The position numbers and the translations under genes were made by a program. The notes beneath the pieces were generated by a model that saw only the letters and a program-made list of their open reading frames with translations, did no database searches and was not told where the DNA came from. Positions 41,031 through 45,750 of a DNA stretch of 45,750 nucleotides are shown here, in pieces (the stretch's first letter is position 1; each line of letters starts with the position of its first letter). This DNA comes from a virus. The DNA lies in IMG/VR virus record IMGVR_UViG_3300012347_000336; one strand, 5' to 3'.

Positions 41031-41288
41031 ATGTCACTGCAAGAAACAAAAGTCATCGACCAAATCACCGTCACCGAAAACGGCATTGTGCTGTATCGTG
41101 AAGCAACTCGCATCACTCGCGACGGAGAACAAATCGCGCAGACATTCCACCGCACTTCACTTGTGCCTGGCCAAGACCTGACTGACCAGCCAGCTAACGT
41201 AGTTGCCATTGCCAACGTAGCTTGGACACCTGAAGTCGTCGCCGCATACGAGGCGCAAGTCGCCGCACAAGCTGGAGGTGTTCAATGA
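41031..41288 (+). CDS. Small hypothetical protein (85 aa) between the two fibre genes
   Basis: An AAGGAAATCAA RBS context precedes it. It is ATGA-coupled to the second fibre gene and may be a fibre accessory or chaperone, judging by position only. Confidence 0.65.
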   Translation: MSLQETKVIDQITVTENGIVLYREATRITRDGEQIAQTFHRTSLVPGQDLTDQPANVVAIANVAWTPEVVAAYEAQVAAQAGGVQ

Positions 41289-42379
41289 GCAACGCAAGAG
41301 AATTAGCAGAGCTGGCCGGTAGCTACGGCACTGGCGGTTTTGTGGGGATGAAGAACCGCATCATCAATGGCGACATGCGCATTGATCAGCGTAATGCGGG
41401 TGGTGTTGTGGCAGCATCACAGAACGTTAGCAACGTCTACATGCTAGACCGCTGGTGCTATTACTTCTACGGTGTTGGCACTGCGAACTTCCAACAAGTT
41501 TCTGATGCACCTGCTGGCTTTACCAAGTCACTCAAGATGACTGTGACTGGTGTTGACTCAACCATCGCAGGTGCTGACGATTACATGATTCGTCATTTCA
41601 TTGAAGGGTTCAACTTCGCTGATATGGGCTGGGGCGCTGCTGGCGCTCAATCAGCAACACTTTCATTCTGGGTGAAGTGTTCAACGACAGGCGTTATCGC
41701 AGTTGCACTGCAAAGCGGCGCTGGCGATTTGTCTTATGTGACTCCCGTGACAATCAACTCCGCGAACACGTGGGAATACAAGACTGTCACGATTGCTGGC
41801 CCAGCATCTGGCACGTTTGCTACTGGAAACACAGCGAATGTGTCTGTGAACTTCTCTGTCGGAAATTCCAAGACCAACACCGCCAACACTTGGAACGCTG
41901 GTAACTATATTGGAGTATCTGGTGCGACCAACTTCATGGCGACCAACGGTCTTACATTCCAAGTCACAGGCGTTCAACTAGAAAAAGGCAGCACAGCCAC
42001 ATCGTTTGACTACCGCCCGTATGGTACTGAGTTGGCTTTGTGTCAGCGGTATTACTTTAAAACAGGGTCTGGGGCTGGTGGAACGCTTGCTATTGGGCAG
42101 GCTGCAAATTCAACTCTTGCCGAGATGCACGTTCATTTTCCAGTCTCAATGAGAGCTGCCCCTACGGCTTTAGATCAAAGCGGAACGGCATCAAATTACA
42201 GCATTATTTATGGTGTAAATTCAGCGGCCTCAACGGTTGTTCCATATATTGCAGGGTCTCAGTCAACTAAAGACATTGGAGTCTGTGTTGCAACGGTTTC
42301 TAGCGTATTAACAGCGGGTTATGCAGTGTACTTGCGTAGTTCTGCTGGTGGAGCACTTGGATTTAGTTCGGAGCTATAA
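41285..42379 (+). CDS. Second tail fibre / receptor-binding protein (copy 2 of 3..1097)
   Basis: Identical translation at offset +41,282. Confidence 0.75.
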   Translation: MSNARELAELAGSYGTGGFVGMKNRIINGDMRIDQRNAGGVVAASQNVSNVYMLDRWCYYFYGVGTANFQQVSDAPAGFTKSLKMTVTGVDSTIAGADDYMIRHFIEGFNFADMGWGAAGAQSATLSFWVKCSTTGVIAVALQSGAGDLSYVTPVTINSANTWEYKTVTIAGPASGTFATGNTANVSVNFSVGNSKTNTANTWNAGNYIGVSGATNFMATNGLTFQVTGVQLEKGSTATSFDYRPYGTELALCQRYYFKTGSGAGGTLAIGQAANSTLAEMHVHFPVSMRAAPTALDQSGTASNYSIIYGVNSAASTVVPYIAGSQSTKDIGVCVATVSSVLTAGYAVYLRSSAGGALGFSSEL

Positions 42380-42380
42380 G

Positions 42381-42551
42381 ATGACCTATAAAAAATTACC
42401 AAAACTTCGACAAGATGACTCTCAGTCGTTGGCCTGCATTGACGATGACGGTAAGTGCCGTCTAACTTGCACGGAGCAAGACCAAGCCTATTTGGCATGG
42501 TTGGAGGAAGGCAACACGCCCGAGCCAGCAGACGAACCAACAGCGGAGTAA
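42381..42551 (+). CDS. Small hypothetical protein (copy 2 of 1099..1269)
   Basis: Identical copy, offset +41,282. Confidence 0.55.
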   Translation: MTYKKLPKLRQDDSQSLACIDDDGKCRLTCTEQDQAYLAWLEEGNTPEPADEPTAE

Positions 42552-42554
42552 CCG

Positions 42555-42743
42555 ATGGCGACTGAGCACTCAACTGAAACTCTGGCGGCTGTGGCAACTA
42601 AGGTTGCTCCTCCAGCGACAATTTCTCTTGCAACTGTTGCTGGCTACCAAGTCAGCGAATTGGTGCTGTGGGCCACGCTGATCTACACGGTCTTGATGAT
42701 CGGACACAAGTGCTGGCAGATCGTCAAAGAAGCACGCGAATAG
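42555..42743 (+). CDS. Holin-like small membrane protein (copy 2 of 1273..1461)
   Basis: Identical copy, offset +41,282. Confidence 0.55.
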   Translation: MATEHSTETLAAVATKVAPPATISLATVAGYQVSELVLWATLIYTVLMIGHKCWQIVKEARE

Positions 42744-42747
42744 TGAT

Positions 42748-43497
42748 GTGGGCCCAGAGATCATGCTCGCTCTGCAAGCAATGCGTGCTGCGTATAGTGG
42801 CATTCAGTACTGCTGCGATTGCCTACGTGAAGGCTCTGTCGAAATTCAGCGCGTCAAGAAAACAGTCGAAGGTGGGGTTGCTGACGCCAAGAAGATTTAT
42901 GCAGAAGTCACCGGCATCTGGGGGTGGATCAAATCTTTACTTGGTGCGCCTGCAAAACCTAATGGAAGCGCTATCGCCAAGCAGCATGAAGCCGCCGCCG
43001 AGCCAGTCAAATCACCCGCGAAAAAATCCAGCGCCAAAGACGAGTATGTCGACCACATCCCAACGCAGGACGAAGTCGTGCAGCAGTTCATCGGCCACGT
43101 TGGCGAGTGGTTCGACAAGTACGCTTTCCTGAAGTCGTACACCGAGAAGCGCTACGCAGAAGTTTTTGGCAAGGACGTGATCGACCAGAAGGAAGTGCTG
43201 GAGCTCACGCAGTTGCAGGTCGAAGTGGATGCCGCCTACCCAGCGTTGATGACACTGATGACCAGCAATGCGCCATGGCAGCTTGGGCCGATCTGGACGC
43301 AGTTCAAAGAGATGCAGGATAAGGTGAAGGTTGGTCAAGCGGCTCGCCAGATGAAGCAGAAACGCGAGCGTGCTGCGCTGGTGGCTAGGCAACACAGAGA
43401 GCGCCACGACCGCATCGACCGCAACGTGACGGTGTTCTTCTTGCTGCTCATGGTGGCCTACTTTTGGTTGTTGATTGGTATCATTGCGAATGTCTAA
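42748..43497 (+). CDS. Tail-anchored hypothetical protein (copy 2 of 1466..2215)
   Basis: Identical copy, offset +41,282. Confidence 0.65.
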   Translation: MGPEIMLALQAMRAAYSGIQYCCDCLREGSVEIQRVKKTVEGGVADAKKIYAEVTGIWGWIKSLLGAPAKPNGSAIAKQHEAAAEPVKSPAKKSSAKDEYVDHIPTQDEVVQQFIGHVGEWFDKYAFLKSYTEKRYAEVFGKDVIDQKEVLELTQLQVEVDAAYPALMTLMTSNAPWQLGPIWTQFKEMQDKVKVGQAARQMKQKRERAALVARQHRERHDRIDRNVTVFFLLLMVAYFWLLIGIIANV

Positions 43498-43714
43498 ACC
43501 TGACAACCTTGGCGTGATTGTGTTTCTTGGCTTGCTTGTCATGTGCTTTGGCACAGTCATTTTCTGGGGTCTGTTTAAGTTTGCAGTTCAAGATGCCGAG
43601 CGCACACGCGATCGCCGCGAGTTGAACAAGGCTGCATTGGTTTTGCGCGAAGAGAGAGAGAAGCTCGAGCGTTTATTGAAGACGGTGGAAAACACCGAGA
43701 AAGGCAAGGAGTGA
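43490..43714 (+). CDS. N-terminal-TMD coiled-coil protein (copy 2 of 2208..2432)
   Basis: Identical copy, offset +41,282. Confidence 0.55.
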   Translation: MSKPDNLGVIVFLGLLVMCFGTVIFWGLFKFAVQDAERTRDRRELNKAALVLREEREKLERLLKTVENTEKGKE

Positions 43715-44034
43715 AAGAGCTATTACTGAAAATCATCGAGGCGCGTATCAATCGGCCCAAGCCAACCGTCGAAGAGGTCGAGGTGCAAGTGTGGGCCTTT
43801 GTGGTTCGTTCGATCACGATCATGGTGATGGTCATTGCGTTTGGTGTTTTGTACGCCATTGCGTTTGAGGTGCAGTCAGAAGACTTGGCACCAATCGACG
43901 CCATCTTCTTGGAAATCCTGAAAGCCATTGCCTTCATGGGTGTTGGCACATTGGGTGGCATCTCTGGTCGCAAGGCCACTACCGCGATCGCGCAGGCCAT
44001 CGTTGGAAAGCCGGACGATGGACAGCCTTCTTAA
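43711..44034 (+). CDS. Two-TMD membrane protein (copy 2 of 2429..2752)
   Basis: Identical copy, offset +41,282. Confidence 0.6.
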   Translation: MKELLLKIIEARINRPKPTVEEVEVQVWAFVVRSITIMVMVIAFGVLYAIAFEVQSEDLAPIDAIFLEILKAIAFMGVGTLGGISGRKATTAIAQAIVGKPDDGQPS

Positions 44035-44467
44035 TCTGTTGAAGAGCGCAGCCCCAGCGCTGGCCACTGCGGTGGCTGGCCCTATGGGTGGCATGGCTGT
44101 GAAGGCCATTGCTGACAAGCTCGGCGTACCTGCGTCAATTGGTGAGGTGACTAAGGCTTTGGAGTCGAATCCGGAGCTGGCGCTCAAACTCAAAGAGATT
44201 GACACGCGTGCGTTTGAAGCTGAAACAAAGGCCGTCAGCGAACGCTGGCAGGCTGACATGGCCAGTGACTCATGGCTATCAAAAAACATCCGTCCAATGA
44301 CGCTGATCTACATTCTGTCGGCCTATCTAGGCATGGCGGTTGCAGATGGTTTCGGGTTCCGTATTGCCGAGGCGTATGTGAACCTGTTAGGTCAGTGGGG
44401 GATGATCGTAATGACTGCCTACTTCGGTGGTCGCACTGTTGAGAAAGTAATGGAGAGTCGCAAATGA
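44018..44467 (+). CDS. GTA-type 3TM holin-like protein (copy 2 of 2736..3185)
   Basis: Identical copy, offset +41,282. Confidence 0.65.
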   Translation: MDSLLNLLKSAAPALATAVAGPMGGMAVKAIADKLGVPASIGEVTKALESNPELALKLKEIDTRAFEAETKAVSERWQADMASDSWLSKNIRPMTLIYILSAYLGMAVADGFGFRIAEAYVNLLGQWGMIVMTAYFGGRTVEKVMESRK

Positions 44468-44940
44468 CAAATCTAACCCCACACTTCACGCTTGAAGAGC
44501 TGACGTACACCGACCACCGTGAACTGGACAACACGCCGACTGAGCGTGAGCGCTGCCAGTTGGTTAAGAATGGTACATACGTGGAAATCAATGCGGTGGC
44601 CAATCTGCCGCGCCTGGCTGACTTCTTGGAGCAGGTCAAGGTCGTGCTAGGTGGCAAGCCAATCATCGTCAACAGTGCATTCCGCAGTAAGGGTGTCAAC
44701 GACGCAGTTGGTTCAAGTGATACCAGCGACCATCGTCGTGGTTGTGCCGCTGACATTCGCGTGCCTGGCATGACTCCGGACGAAGTGGTGAAGGCGATCA
44801 TTGCCAGCGAGCTACCCTACCAACAGGTGATTCGCGAGTTCGACCGCTGGACTCATGTGGCCATCACCACCAATGAGAGCGACGTGCCCAAGAAGTCAAA
44901 GCTCATCATCGACAAGCAAGGCACACGCGCTTACGCTTGA
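44464..44940 (+). CDS. Peptidase M15 endolysin (copy 2 of 3182..3658)
   Basis: Identical copy, offset +41,282. Confidence 0.9.
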   Translation: MTNLTPHFTLEELTYTDHRELDNTPTERERCQLVKNGTYVEINAVANLPRLADFLEQVKVVLGGKPIIVNSAFRSKGVNDAVGSSDTSDHRRGCAADIRVPGMTPDEVVKAIIASELPYQQVIREFDRWTHVAITTNESDVPKKSKLIIDKQGTRAYA

Positions 44941-45056
44941 TCGTCGTGGTTGTAGATGTCTCTGGTAAATAGCCAGCACAATACAAAAACCACAAGGCCT
45001 GCTGCAACGAAGATCAACCCGATCAACGTCAGCAGGCTTTTTAATTCGTCGCTCAT
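44931..45056 (-). CDS. 41-aa TMD micro-ORF (copy 2 of 3649..3774)
   Basis: Identical copy, offset +41,282. Confidence 0.55.
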   Translation of the reverse strand: MSDELKSLLTLIGLIFVAAGLVVFVLCWLFTRDIYNHDDQA

Positions 45057-45310
45057 TTCTTTTTCTTCTTTGTTGTGTTGGCTGTGCCTGCTTTGCTGTA
45101 GTACATGATTTCTTTTGGCGCAAGGCTGACGCGTTGTGTCTTTGGAAATGTGGCGATGGTGAACACTGCCTTGTCTGCTGATTCTCGCGTTGCCTTGGCC
45201 CTTGAGCCGTACTTCGACCCGTTGGCTTGCTGGATGCCTTCGGCTCTGATGGTGGACAAAAACTCTGGCATGTGTGTCTTCACGTAGTCGGGGTGAAATG
45301 CGTTAATCAT
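45053..45310 (-). CDS. Hypothetical protein (copy 2 of 3771..4028)
   Basis: Identical copy, offset +41,282. Confidence 0.6.
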   Translation of the reverse strand: MINAFHPDYVKTHMPEFLSTIRAEGIQQANGSKYGSRAKATRESADKAVFTIATFPKTQRVSLAPKEIMYYSKAGTANTTKKKKK

Positions 45311-45419
45311 TCTGTGCTTCCATGTAATAAATAAATCCAAGCAAGACGGCCCAAGTCACGCCTATACCTAGCACCATCAAGGCAACCATGAGCGCAATGT
45401 TTTCTATTGCCTCAATCAC
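45303..45419 (-). CDS. 38-aa TMD micro-ORF (copy 2 of 4021..4137)
   Basis: Identical copy, offset +41,282. Confidence 0.5.
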   Translation of the reverse strand: MIEAIENIALMVALMVLGIGVTWAVLLGFIYYMEAQND

Positions 45420-45622
45420 ACCGGCTCCTTACGCGCATACTGCACGCGGTAAAGCAAACCCCACCAAAAGGTTACGGTGCAGATAAAGTAAAACATCCTG
45501 TCTTCACGTTGCCACATGAACGGATCTGTGCTTGCACCAACAATGGCCATGAATGGGTACAACAGGATTGCCGTCACAATGAACGGGGTTGTACAAATTA
45601 AGATTTCTTTTAACTCTTTCAT
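45416..45622 (-). CDS. Two-TMD small membrane protein (copy 2 of 4134..4340)
   Basis: Identical copy, offset +41,282. Confidence 0.7.
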   Translation of the reverse strand: MKELKEILICTTPFIVTAILLYPFMAIVGASTDPFMWQREDRMFYFICTVTFWWGLLYRVQYARKEPV

Positions 45623-45625
45623 GTC

Positions 45626-45750
45626 TTACTCCTTAATGCCGTGGGCGGCTTCGACGTCTCTAGCAAAGTTCAAAGCGCACCCAGCAGGTATTCTGTAATC
45701 AACTAGATATTCATCTGAGATCGCATTGATCTGCTCATCCGTCAGCGGCT
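45626..45750 (-). CDS. 3' fragment of the KQEQGEP-repeat protein gene (copy 2 of 4344..4982, truncated by the window end)
   Basis: Identical to 4344..4468, and the window ends inside the gene. Confidence 0.7.
   Translation of the reverse strand, partial: PLTDEQINAISDEYLVDYRIPAGCALNFARDVEAAHGIKE

Larger units (their letters stand above)
1..41282. mobile_element. One complete unit of a podovirus-like dsDNA phage genome (41,282 bp; circular map, concatemer or circularly permuted)
   Basis: The gene set runs without a break: early, replication, packaging, head, T7-like tail/ejection, fibre and lysis modules. The sequence restarts at 41283 with identical content, so the period is 41,282 bp. Confidence 0.8.
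41283..45750. repeat. Copy 2 of the 4,468-bp terminal direct repeat
   Basis: Same as copy 1. The window ends exactly at the position equivalent to 4468. Confidence 0.9.

Noticed and set aside
1-45750. Search for lysogeny and diversity-generating functions: integrase, CI repressor, reverse transcriptase/DGR, toxin-antitoxin, tRNA
   Set aside because: No ORF shows integrase (R..H.R.Y), reverse transcriptase (YxDD) or CI/LexA-type peptidase motifs. No cloverleaf-like tRNA sequence was noticed. The excisionase-like HTH alone is not evidence of temperate growth.

Overview
The window holds one complete podovirus-like dsDNA phage genome of 41,282 bp plus a wrap-around: positions 1-4468 recur at 41283-45750 (offset +41,282). 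Every ORF translation in the repeat is identical between copies, so this looks like a circular, concatemeric or circularly permuted assembly rather than two diverged copies. No rRNA, tRNA, CRISPR array, integrase, CI-type repressor, DNA polymerase, RNA polymerase or reverse transcriptase is visible. GC is high by eye (upper 50s %), with clear low-GC islands at about 3.7-6.0 kb, 14.48-14.67 kb and 40.44-41.03 kb.

Layout:
1. Leftward early operon (9598 down to 3649). About 18 tightly coupled genes, many with ATGA/GTGA start-stop overlaps. It includes a YqaJ-like exonuclease, RecT, an excisionase-type HTH protein and many small or membrane proteins. Four of these are micro-ORFs below the 60-aa ORF-track cutoff.
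2. Divergent control region (9599-9725) with GTTGC/GCAAC inverted repeats.
3. Rightward replication operon (9726-14478): Cro-like HTH, SF2 helicase, Cys-rich protein, VRR-NUC nuclease and a Toprim/VirE-type primase-helicase.
4. AT-rich 194-bp spacer with iteron-like repeats.
5. Late operon (14673 onward): ParB-domain DNA methyltransferase, TerS, TerL, an 11-mer-repeat protein, portal, scaffold, major capsid and decoration proteins. A T7 gp11-to-gp17-like series follows (tubular proteins A and B, gp13-, gp14- and gp15-position proteins), in which a 2,700-aa polyvalent protein occupies the gp16 position. After it come the tail fibre with 17 decapeptide repeats, a second fibre, and a lysis cassette of five membrane proteins plus an M15 endolysin.

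The most interesting object is the giant ejection-type polyvalent protein (30682-38784). It carries a ParB-like module and an ADP-ribosyltransferase-like module. All functional calls rest on motif recognition by eye and on synteny. No database search was run.
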